This document shows positions 23,487 through 33,473 of a DNA stretch of 64,000 bases, in pieces. Every line of letters begins with the position of its first letter. Within the stretch, counting starts at the first letter, position 1. Origin of the DNA: Rhynchopus sp. YZ270_cl-10 (lineage: Eukaryota); contig OZ037844.1 of the NCBI GenBank assembly GCA_964035575.1, forward strand, positions 558,001 through 622,000, given 5' to 3'. Both the position numbers and the translations under genes were made by a program. The notes under the pieces were generated by a model, which saw only the letters and a list, made by a program, of their open reading frames with translations, had not been told where the DNA came from and did not search any database.

Positions 23487-24295
23487 CGTTATTACAGTCA
23501 ATAACGAAGCACAGGTGGGAGTAAAAATAATACAACACCCCCCGTTCATATTTTGTTCAGTTGATGCGCTTACCCACGTCATACCAACTCAAGATGCTTT
23601 TTTGGAGGGGTTTATTTTTTACTAAAAAGGGCAAATACCCCTGGCTGGCTTATTGGACTACCGTAACCGAGAAAAGTTAGGGCGTGGCGTGCCTTAACTT
23701 TTGGTCGCGGGTATAATATTTTCTCATCAATTCATTAACTGATTGAGACAACTTTAATTCTGAGATATAACTAAGGGGGGTTTATCAAGATTGTGGGGAA
23801 AAGGGGTAAAAAAAACGAGAAACAAAAGGGACGCTGTATTGCAATGGAGCGTCTAAACTTGGAGTTTAGAAAGGTAGGGAAAAAGTTGACTATATGGGTT
23901 CGTCCCAGCCTGGAGTCATCACGCTTGCGTGAGCTCCTTAAAGGGCAAAACAGTCGGGAAGACACGCTTGACATACTAATCCCTCTCGTGACAGTGTACC
24001 TTTGGTACAATGACCGGGGGGGGGGGGGGTGGACACCCAAACCATGCAAGTCCTACAATCCATTTCGTGGTTTGCATCTGATATGTTTTCACTCATCAAC
24101 CTGATGAACGGGGATCATTGCAAACACACGGGACGCGAATCCTAGGGTCCGGTAAAAAAAATATACCTTGACAAATGATAGATGCCATTGGCCTTTATGC
24201 CTCTGTTGTCCACTTCTCTAAAGACAAAGTGGAGTTGATAGTGCAAAACGCCTCTGAGACTCATACACTGTAAACATACAGTAATTGTTGATACA

Positions 24296-24368
24296 GGCAC
24301 ACTCCGACTGACCCACTATACGATGTCAGCCATCCGGATGAAAGCACAAAGTACCCTGCGGCCAACAA
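24296..24368. repeat. Dispersed module E (GGCA..CTCC.ACTGACCCACTATACGATG.CAGCCATCCGGATGAAAGCACA..GTACCCTGCGGCC); copies at 24296, 57344 and a partial at 16767
   Basis: Two highly similar ~70-bp copies 33 kb apart, plus a partial copy abutting the 90-bp array. Confidence 0.8.
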
Positions 24369-25274
24369 AATTGTACACAAAGACCACTACAATACCCACA
24401 ACTCTTTCGCGAGAGTTGAAAAAAAAAAGTTGAAAGTGCAAAACGCCTCCTCGAGCATCTGGCTAAACAAACGGTTGAAAAATAAAATAAAAAATTGATA
24501 TAAATTGCGCCTCTTCATGCGTTGTGCTTTTTCCCCCTTCATCGCTTCGTTTTGGTTCTTTAGAGATAACAAGAGAAGATTTTGAGTTGAATAATTTAAG
24601 TCGAAAACTCCAAGCAAAAGTTTTAAATGGTGACAAATGTTGCCAGTTTTCAAAACTCCAAGCAAAAGGGAAACGGGGCGCAAACGTGACGGGTTAAGAA
24701 AAAAAAAGTTTTTATCCAGATAGGGAAAACTTCTCACTGCTTAGTCCCCTAGATCACAATCGTTATCGCATCATTAGTTTAATAACGTGCAGATGCCCCC
24801 TGGGTGTAGGAGAAAAACAACGCAAGATTTACATGGAAAGAAAACATAATGTTAAAGGGAAAGAAAGGTAGAAGGGGGGGGGAGAGAGAGAGAGAGAGTG
24901 ACATATAACATGGGGAAGAAAAAAAGCTTTTTCTTTGCGCGAAATTGGCGGCAGATTGCTCTTGCGATGCTAATATTGTAGGTTCATTTTCTCTCCTTGA
25001 TGACCGAGACGTCATCCTGCACAGTGTAGAACAGCAAAGAAGTTACCCTCCAAAAAAAAAGAAGGTATTTTAGTATCGACACAAAGAGGAGGGGGAGAAA
25101 GGAATGATCATTTGTCATAAGACAAAACAAAGAGGGTTGTCTGTAGGTGGACACCTAACCGTGCACTCCTACAATCCATTTCGTGGTTCACATCCTGATA
25201 TGAACTGTACTGTACAAAAAAAAAAACCCCAATTTTTTTTCCGCAATATTTTTTCAATACACCCATCAAGTACC

Positions 25275-28200
25275 CTAAACAGGAACCCCAACCTGCGGCC
25301 TGGACAAACTGCTACTCGGCAACGATGCCAGGGCCATAGACCTTCCGAGCGATTTGCTTCCACCTCCACCCCCTCCTGTCCCCTTTGCATTGAAACTCTG
25401 CACCCTCCGAGCTGTGAGGGGTGTGGAGAGGCCGAGAGGTTCTTCCAGAGAGAAGCTTGAGTCTTGCAGGATGGATTCACTTGTGTGTCGCTCGCAGGGA
25501 AGAGGCAGGCTTGCTTCTGACGCTACCAGCTCTACTTCAATGGTACAGCCGCTTCCTGCAGAGTTTTGCGCGAGAGACAACGCACCAAGACGTCCACGTC
25601 GTTTTGAGAAGAGGATGTACCCCTCCGCCCCTATATCCAACACAACCTTGATCATCATGATCCCAGCCGCGCCCATCATCAACCACGATGCCGTAACGAA
25701 CACCCACGAATCAGGGTTTCCCTTATAGTACCCTACACCCATGAGGAACATCCCAAAGGATTGTGTTGCAAGCATCGCGGACATAATATAGTTGTCTCGT
25801 GTCCGGGCACGTGGCCATGCTACTGCTTCTGCGGTCAACAGAACAAGAAATACGACTCCATAAAAGACCTTTTGATGGCCACATCCTGTCATGGTATCGG
25901 TGCTTGGACCCTGCACTGCAGCGATCACTAATGAAGCGGACATATCGACAAACCCATAGCACGCCCAGGATTCACGATATTGCCGTGTAACGGACGCATA
26001 GCGGAGTGACCACATATTCTTTTCCTGCCTCGACACCCATTCCCCAGGACCGATCAGGGCATTAAGGTAGCGACGATCCTTCGTGGTTTCATCGTTAAGG
26101 TAGTACCCTTGGGTGGGTACACCGCGGGTCACCTCACGAAGAACAAAGCAGGGCACTACAACACAAGCAAAGAGCGTCAACGCACCCAGCAAAAACAACG
26201 CAATGGAAGGAGGGTAGAACACTAATGCCATGGCACCCAGAGCGGTTCCTTGAAGCAGGTATTGGAAGACGAAGAGCGGGGCGGAAGGGAAACGGCAGAG
26301 ACCAAGTGTATCGAGAGTCGAGGCAAAGCAGCCAGCAAGCGAGACAGTCTTCACAACGAGAAAGGCAAGAAGCGAGAACCCCACCGTGATCGCAAAGTTC
26401 CCTACAACGACACCCGCCGCCTCGGAGCCAAAGAGGGAGATCCGCGTTGGGTGAAGTGCCATTGGGTATTGCCGTTCGTTGAGGGGCTGTGAGATCTTAC
26501 ATGGTCCCCCCGCTACAACCAGACGCAGGGCCGGCCCCGCAGCCGCCCCTGCCCCAGCCAGCGACGCCACGACAGCAGTCTGCGCCGCACCCTCGGAGAC
26601 CTCCTCTGTCCGCTCCATCACCTCCTCCACAGCAGCGCTTACCACCGGCGCCGTCGTTTCCTCCACTACATCCAAGGGTTCCATGGTGGTGCCCTGCGGG
26701 GTTGCCTGCGGTATCGTGGTAGAGCTGAGTGGAGCCTCTGAGAGGGTTGTGGCAGTAGGTACCCCCGAAGGAAGTGCAGTAAACGGTGTAGTTGTTGGTG
26801 GAAGTGTAGGTGAAACTGTCGGTGAAAAGGTAGGAATAGCAGTCTCAGGAATGCCGGTCGGAGGTGACAACGTGATCGGTGTGAGGGTAGGTGGTGATAA
26901 CGTAGGTGGCGAGTCCGTCAGTGGTGGGCGTGTCGGAGGTGATGAGGTAGGAGGGGAAAGGGTAAGAGGCACCAACGTCGGCGGGGCAGGCGTAGGTGGC
27001 GAAGATGACGCCGGTGTTGAAGTAAGTGGTGCGGGTGTTGGTGGCGATGCCGTCGGAGGGGATGGTGTAGGTGGTGCTGGTGTCGGTGGTGAGGGAGTTG
27101 GCGGCGACACTGTTGGTGGTGAAGGTGTGTCTGGCGCCGGTGTAGGTGGTGACTGCGTCAATGGTGCTGGCGTAGGTGGCGACGGTGTTGGCGGCGCTGG
27201 TGTCGGTGGCGCTGGCGTGGGTGGGGATGGAGTTGGTGGCGATGGTGTCGGTGGTGCTGGTGTTGGCGGTGCTGGGGTCGGTGGGGATGGTGTCGGTGGT
27301 GCCGGTGTAGGTGGCGACAGCGTCAATGGTGCTGGTGTTGGTGGTGAGGGAGTTGGCGGCGACACTGTTGGGGGCGAAGGTGTGTCTGGCGCCGGTGTCG
27401 GTGGTGACTGCGTCAATGGTGCCGGTGTCGGTGGCGCTGGCGTCGGTGGTGATGGAGTTGGCGGCGCTGGTGTTGGTGGCGATGACGTCGGTGGGGATGG
27501 TGTCGGTGGTGCCGGTGTAGGTGGTGACAGCGTCAATGGTGCTGGGGTGGGTGGCGATGGTGTCGGCGGTGCTGGTGTCGGTGGCGCTGGCGTAGCTGGT
27601 GATGGAGTTGGTGGCGCTGGTGTTGGTGGCGACGGCGTCGGTGGCGACACTGTTGGGGGTAACGGTGTGTCTGGCGCCGGTGTAGGTGGTGACTGCGTCA
27701 ATGGTGCTGTAGTTGGCGCTGGTGTCGGCGGCTCGGGTGTGGGCGGAGACGGCGTCGGTGGGGGTGTCACTGGTGCTGTGTCTTTGTAGCACAGCACGGA
27801 CGTTGCTGTGCGGAAGAAAAGCCACCCGCCGCTCGCATACACTCCCGTCACGACCTCCGCTGGTGCATCCCATATGTCGATGATGTTCACACCGGTCACC
27901 GATGCTTGGTACATATTCATCTGCTTGGAAAACACTAGGTACGTAAACACCTCCCCTTCCTGCGTCAGGGTCACCAGACGCGCTAAGGTCTGCTGCGCAG
28001 CCTCCCACTGCACACCTGCTGTATTGGGGTGCACCGTCTGCACGGAGTACCCCTGCGGGGTCGTAGCGGCACCTGACTGCGCACCGTATGTGACCAACAG
28101 TCCCTTACTGTCGCTGTACGCCATCATCATGACCCCAGGCAGCGACGTGCCCAACGCAGGGAGGAGGGTAGGGACGGTCGGTGTCACCAGGTCGTACACA

Positions 28201-28769
28201 GTCACCGTCAGGCTGCTTGCGACGTAGAGCTTCGACCCGCTGTCGGTACTGATTGCTGTGCACGGCGAGTCTATCACAATATCCGTCACATCACGCGTAA
28301 AGAGGTTTGCCGAGTAGAACATCGGGACCTGACAACACAGATACACATCCATCGGGCTGTTCTGGTTGTGCGCCATATCTGAGCAGGTCACAGCTGCGTT
28401 GACCACTTCTACCATGGTGCCCGCAAATGCCGCAGGGGGGCTCACGTCGACGATACCAAACGTCAACGACGTGGCAGTCATGAGCAGAGCAAATATTATC
28501 GTTTGGCTGGTCGCATGGGCCGACAAGACCCAGTCCGTGACGCCGGGGAAGTCCTTGGAGGAGATCTCCGTCGCCGTGCCTGCGTCTGCATCCAGCAGGA
28601 CCTGCGCTATCCTCCCCACCATGCCGACGTACGCATAGTCCCCTACCAAGAGCACCGCCTTCGGCTCAGCGCCAGGAGCGTATGTGTCAATGAGGTACCT
28701 CGGTGTGGCTGCCGTACTCACCCCAGCGCCACAGAGAACTGCGAGACACAGTGTCCATGTCCATCCCAT
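25275..28769 (-). CDS. Cell-surface protein: signal peptide, beta-rich (propeller-like) ectodomain, Pro/Thr stalk, ~7-8 TM C-terminal domain
   Basis: 1164 aa. Signal peptide MGWTWTLCLAVLCGAGVSTA, ~310 aa of PPTP(A/S) repeats (about 26840-27780), several hydrophobic helices after residue ~730, and a Ser-rich tail. Confidence 0.9.
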   Translation of the reverse strand: MGWTWTLCLAVLCGAGVSTAATPRYLIDTYAPGAEPKAVLLVGDYAYVGMVGRIAQVLLDADAGTATEISSKDFPGVTDWVLSAHATSQTIIFALLMTATSLTFGIVDVSPPAAFAGTMVEVVNAAVTCSDMAHNQNSPMDVYLCCQVPMFYSANLFTRDVTDIVIDSPCTAISTDSGSKLYVASSLTVTVYDLVTPTVPTLLPALGTSLPGVMMMAYSDSKGLLVTYGAQSGAATTPQGYSVQTVHPNTAGVQWEAAQQTLARLVTLTQEGEVFTYLVFSKQMNMYQASVTGVNIIDIWDAPAEVVTGVYASGGWLFFRTATSVLCYKDTAPVTPPPTPSPPTPEPPTPAPTTAPLTQSPPTPAPDTPLPPTVSPPTPSPPTPAPPTPSPATPAPPTPAPPTPSPPTPAPLTLSPPTPAPPTPSPPTSSPPTPAPPTPSPPTPAPPTPAPLTQSPPTPAPDTPSPPTVSPPTPSPPTPAPLTLSPPTPAPPTPSPPTPAPPTPAPPTPSPPTPSPPTPAPPTPAPPTPSPPTPAPLTQSPPTPAPDTPSPPTVSPPTPSPPTPAPPTPSPPTASPPTPAPLTSTPASSSPPTPAPPTLVPLTLSPPTSSPPTRPPLTDSPPTLSPPTLTPITLSPPTGIPETAIPTFSPTVSPTLPPTTTPFTALPSGVPTATTLSEAPLSSTTIPQATPQGTTMEPLDVVEETTAPVVSAAVEEVMERTEEVSEGAAQTAVVASLAGAGAAAGPALRLVVAGGPCKISQPLNERQYPMALHPTRISLFGSEAAGVVVGNFAITVGFSLLAFLVVKTVSLAGCFASTLDTLGLCRFPSAPLFVFQYLLQGTALGAMALVFYPPSIALFLLGALTLFACVVVPCFVLREVTRGVPTQGYYLNDETTKDRRYLNALIGPGEWVSRQEKNMWSLRYASVTRQYRESWACYGFVDMSASLVIAAVQGPSTDTMTGCGHQKVFYGVVFLVLLTAEAVAWPRARTRDNYIMSAMLATQSFGMFLMGVGYYKGNPDSWVFVTASWLMMGAAGIMMIKVVLDIGAEGYILFSKRRGRLGALSLAQNSAGSGCTIEVELVASEASLPLPCERHTSESILQDSSFSLEEPLGLSTPLTARRVQSFNAKGTGGGGGGSKSLGRSMALASLPSSSLSRPQVGVPV

Positions 28770-29232
28770 GCCGTGGTGTGGTGGAAGGTGCCAAAGAATG
28801 TTTCGGTAATTCGGTTATTGGGCGGATTTCAAAAATGGAAAAGAAAATGTGTGAAACCTGAGTTGAGTTGATGAGTTGATCATGATGTGGATATGACCTC
28901 AGGGGAAGTCCATGTGGATGAACCAACGAAAAGGAGAGTAAGGGAGTAAGAACTAAAACAGAGAGAGGGAAGGGAAAGTTTCATGGAACAAAACCAAAGG
29001 GCTTTTGTTGGAAACATACAACAAAAGAAGAAAAAAACACAGATTTTTCCACATCACACTGTTGTTGAAAGGCGACAAATAAAAAAAAAGGCCAATTCTT
29101 TGTGGAGATGAATGAAGTGCCTCTTTGTGCACATACAGCAAGACCACTATAAAAAAAATCAAAGATATTACTCCCCAGCACACACATTGAATGATGAGAT
29201 GTACTTCTCTCATGTACATTAGCATTGGAATT

Positions 29233-29577
29233 TTAGCAATGAGCAGGGAGTGCGGTGGCGTTTGGTGCACCTGCAAAGCTTGTGTTGCTGTCCACAAGCT
29301 TGATTGTGGTATCGAGTGTACGGTAGAGCGTGCAGGTCGTGTTGCCGTCCGTCTCTGTGGTAAAGCTCCAGGCCTGGCAGCTTCCCTTGAAGTCAATCTC
29401 GCACGTTGCACAGCACCCCACGAACATGGTCTGGTTTGTCAGCACCGCAGTCACGTCGGACGCAGCGCCGACGTACTTCTGAGCGTAGTACTGCCCACCA
29501 AAGCAGTTGCGGCAGCCCACTGCGTCCACGGGGGATGCAAGCAGGAAGGCCAGCACGGCGAGAACGAAGAGTTGCAT
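29233..29577 (-). CDS. Small secreted PAN/apple-domain protein (114 aa)
   Basis: Signal peptide MQLFVLAVLAFLLASPVDA, then the PAN-type pattern CCATC...SCQAWSF...TCTLY. Start set at ATG 29577 rather than the ORF-track 29748. Confidence 0.8.
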   Translation of the reverse strand: MQLFVLAVLAFLLASPVDAVGCRNCFGGQYYAQKYVGAASDVTAVLTNQTMFVGCCATCEIDFKGSCQAWSFTTETDGNTTCTLYRTLDTTIKLVDSNTSFAGAPNATALPAHC

Positions 29578-30199
29578 ACTGTGTGTGTATTGTTTGTTCT
29601 CTGAGGGAATGTGGGAGAGAGGGAGAGCGATATAGAGGGTCGCGTTAAAGTGAAGTGTTGAAGAGGCGAACAGTTGAATTCGTGCTGATAAGTATACAAG
29701 AAGACGGAGGTAAAGGACTGCAAAAAAAAAAGTGAAGAAATCCGACATGTGTCTGGGCTGGCACGGTACTGTGCCACCACTGCTGGCACTCTGCCGTGGT
29801 GTACACGAAAGATCGAAGCACTGAGGTGGCGTGGTTGAGGGGGGGTGTCAAAAAAGTGATTCAGATGTCTTTTATTTGAAAGAGTTGTCCTTTTGGCATC
29901 TCCTCTTTTGTATTGTTTAGGGCAGCGGAGTGGAGTGCTGTGTGCAAGGGTTCCTCCTGGCAGGTGTGTGGCTGACCTGTCCCACCTCCTGACACAAAGA
30001 ACTGGGGAGTCTTCCTTCTTAAGGCAAAGGCCCACCTGTGGCATGTTATGCAGTTCCAGATATCCCCTCAGCTCAGGGAGGTGAGTGCAAGCCGAACGAA
30101 AATGCGCTCCATATGTTCGTGTCAGAACAGTGGACAGATGAGGCCTGCCTGTTGTGCTACTTTTTGTTTGGCACAAAAAAGCATTCTGTTTAAAGTTCA

Positions 30200-31576
30200 T
30201 CATTCTTCTGCACCGTGCTCGAGGAGAACCTGCACCACATCTGCATGTTTTTTTTGCCTCGCAAGCTTCAACGCAGTGTAGCCCGACCTGTTTCTGTTCA
30301 CGTCCACCTCAGGCAAGCCAACAAGATAGCGCACAGTCTCGGTACGTCCAATATAAGCCGCACCCATAAGACATGTTATGCCATGGTGGTCCACCACACG
30401 CACATCCGCACCTGCTTCGACTAACATCTGCACAATTTCGAGTGCCCCACACTTACAAGCACGGTGAAGGGGTGTCAATCCTATATTATTTGCCTCTACG
30501 TCTGCCCCTGCATCAATGAGCACCTGCACCACATCTGAGTGTTTCTGTGTCACTGCGTGGTTCAGTGAAGTAAGGCCGTTGATATCTGACTGATTCACAT
30601 CCGCCTCAGGCAAGCACAGAAGACTACGCACAGTCTCGGTGTGTCCATTATCAGCCGCAATGGTAAGACATGTATGTCCCTTGTTGTCTGTGACACTCAC
30701 GTCCGCACCTGCTCTGACCAACATCTTCACAACTTCGAGTTTCCCTGAACAGCAAGCAAAGTGCAGGGGCGAACATCTACGCGCGCCCTTTAACTCGATG
30801 TCTGCCCCTGCATCAATGAGCACCTTCACTACATCTGCGTGGTTTTGATCTATTGCGTAAAACAACGCAGACCATTTTGCGTCACCTTTCTGATCTCTCA
30901 TATCAGGCATGCGATTTCTCAGGTTCAACGCAGTGTGGTCCGCATCCACAAGATAGCGCACAATCTCGGTGTGTCCAAAAGCAGCCGCAAACATAAAACA
31001 CGTACGTCCTGCATTTTCAATGACACGCACTCTCGCACCATTTCTAACCAACATCTTCACAACGGTGAGTTCCCCTGAACGACAAGCCCAGTGCAGAGGC
31101 GAAAATCCCACCTCGTCCTTTGTCTCGATGTCTGCCCCTGCATCAATGAGCACCTGACACACTGCAGGGTCCTCCCACATGGCTGGACAGAAACTCGCAT
31201 CCATGTCATTGTGCGAGTGTCGGACAAACGCAACGTTGCTGCAGACTGACTTCCAATGCTGCAAGAGGACCTCCGTGCACGCAGTGTGGTCTGCGTGGAT
31301 GCACTCACTCAGCAGCATCCCAAAGCCCATCTGCGTTGTCTCAACATGCGGAAGAAGCAGTGCGAGGCATTCATCGTGGTTCCCTCTGCATGCCTCGTGC
31401 ACAGCATCGAAGGCAACCGTTTTGCTGTCTGTGTCTGGGCTGAGCTTCTCAAGTACCGCCCGCACGGCAGTCGTGTTGCCGTTCCTGGCAGCCTCCACCA
31501 AGACCGAGTTTGCAGAAAGTGTTGTTCCGTTTGGTGCCTTCTCGTCAGGTGTGCTGTCTGCGTGTCGCTTCGACAT
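30200..31576 (-). CDS. Ankyrin-repeat protein, array member 1 (458 aa; NLS variant KAPNGTTL)
   Basis: Shared N-terminal module followed by canonical SPLHxA/TCLxxAAxxGH/TALxxA ankyrin repeats; ends VLLEHGAEE. Confidence 0.92.
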   Translation of the reverse strand: MSKRHADSTPDEKAPNGTTLSANSVLVEAARNGNTTAVRAVLEKLSPDTDSKTVAFDAVHEACRGNHDECLALLLPHVETTQMGFGMLLSECIHADHTACTEVLLQHWKSVCSNVAFVRHSHNDMDASFCPAMWEDPAVCQVLIDAGADIETKDEVGFSPLHWACRSGELTVVKMLVRNGARVRVIENAGRTCFMFAAAFGHTEIVRYLVDADHTALNLRNRMPDMRDQKGDAKWSALFYAIDQNHADVVKVLIDAGADIELKGARRCSPLHFACCSGKLEVVKMLVRAGADVSVTDNKGHTCLTIAADNGHTETVRSLLCLPEADVNQSDINGLTSLNHAVTQKHSDVVQVLIDAGADVEANNIGLTPLHRACKCGALEIVQMLVEAGADVRVVDHHGITCLMGAAYIGRTETVRYLVGLPEVDVNRNRSGYTALKLARQKKHADVVQVLLEHGAEE

Positions 31577-32390
31577 GGTTTGTGAAGATGTTGATATTCA
31601 ATGTTGTGTCTTTTATGCTGTTTCTTTTTGTGGAGGTTGTGAGGTGAGTGGTGGGTGTCCCTGAACTGTCTTGCCACCCCTGACACACATCCACAGTGGA
31701 AACGGGTGGTGTGGACTTCTCCCTCCTGAGGGTGGTGGTGGGAATCTATCTCCTTCTTCTCGCACAAGCGTTTCCTTGAAGGTGAGGGAGGGTCTGCAAG
31801 ATAAAAACATCATTCAGATCCATACTTTCTGTTGCTGTGTTTGAATTCGCTGTGGTTGTGGTTTGTAGTGCTTTGGCGGAGGGGAAGGATACAAGAAGAC
31901 GGAGGTAAAGGACTGCAGGAAAGTGAAGCCAATCGACATTTGTCTGGGCTGACACGGTACTGTGCCAGCACTGCTGGCACGCTGCTGTGGTGTACACGAA
32001 GATCGAAGCACTGAGGTGTGGTTGAGGGGGGATGTCAAAAAAGTGATTCAGAAGTCTTTTACTTGAAAAAGTTGTCCTTTTGGCATCTCCTCTTTTGTAT
32101 TGTTTAGGGCAGCGGAGTGGAGTGCTGTGTGCAAGGGTTCCTCCTGGCAGGTGTGCAGCTGACCTGCCCCACCTCCTGACACACAAAAATCTTAATGTAC
32201 ACACTTTGTTGATTCTAAAAACGGGGTGGGGAAAAAATCGCGAATAGAAAAAATGGGTGACATATTGAAAAGTTGGAACGCTTCCTCACCCAGATCACAC
32301 TCTGTTTTTTTTTTTTTTTTTTTTGAAAACTTGGTTGTATTAGTGTAGCCACCCTAGAGTGTGCTCCACTATTTTTTTTTTTTTTTTTTT

Positions 32391-33135
32391 CAGTGTTTCC
32401 CAGCATCTCACCTAACTCTGAAAATAGGTGAGATTTTGCGGTTTTGCGGGTTTTTGTATAGGTGTGGCGAGCCCGGGCGCGCTTCGCGCGCCCGGGTCCC
32501 CACCTTAGCTCAAGTTGGGGGCCTCCGGCGGAATGTGAGAATTTCTCGGAGTTCGGCACTTCATTGATATTTGCACCAGGCACACATGGTACACGAATTA
32601 TCAGTAACGTCAGTACATTTACAAAATAAACGGCAGTCATGGCAGACATGGCACCCAAGCGAAGCCACGGTACGCAACATTTCTAAAAATTGTTGACATA
32701 AATGTCACTGTCGTTGGAAGATTGGGGGGTCAGCTTGTTTTTGTGCCCAAAATTTCTCAGCACTGCTGACCAGGGACATTGGGAACATAGGGATTTTTGC
32801 GGAGCAAAAAAAAATCAAACAAATGGCGCCGCAGGCGAAAAAAAATTAGGGTACAGTGTAAAAATCTATCTTTTTACAGCACATAGTCACACACCTAACC
32901 CTTTTTTGCGGAGCAAAAAAGGGAAAATGGCGCCGCAGGCAAAAAAAAATTGAGGTACAGCCTGGATGGTGCGGTCAGCAACCCAGTTCCCCATGGTATT
33001 CACGTGGTTCAACCATGATTTTTTTTTTTTTTTTTTTTTTTCCTGCAGGTGAGATTTCTCACCTCACTTTTTTTTTTTTTTTTTTTTTTTTTTTGTGAGA
33101 TTTCTCACCCCAAAATCTCACCGTGGGAAACACTG
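32391..33135. mobile_element. hAT-like non-autonomous element (745 bp), TIR CAGTGTTTCCCA, inserted in poly-T
   Basis: CAGTGTTTCCCA at 32391 and TGGGAAACACTG ending at 33135. Poly-T on both flanks (TSD length unresolvable). ATCTCACC/GGTGAGAT subterminal motifs at both ends. Confidence 0.8.
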
Positions 33136-33473
33136 TTTTTTTTTTGAAAGATCCTCTCGACATAGTTCAAGATTGAACTGAGAGAAAATAAGAAGAAAAA
33201 CCCCAAACCCTCCCAGACCAAACGGTCTAACCTGTTGTATTGACATAGTGTGGGGGAGAAGTGAGGAGCACGAGAATCGTCTTCGCGTATACTAAAAGAT
33301 TTCCTAAGATATGTCACAAGTGTCATGTCCCGAAAAAAAAAAACGTAAAAACTGGGGAGGAAGCAGCCGAACGAAAATGCACTCCATATTTTCGTGTCAG
33401 AACAGTGGATAGATGGGCCTGCCTGTTGTGCTACTTTTTGTTTGGCACAAAAAAGCATTCTGTTTAAAGTTCA

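Noticed and set aside
26479..27789. 436-aa Gly/Val-rich plus-strand ORF
   Set aside because: Antisense shadow of the Pro/Thr stalk.
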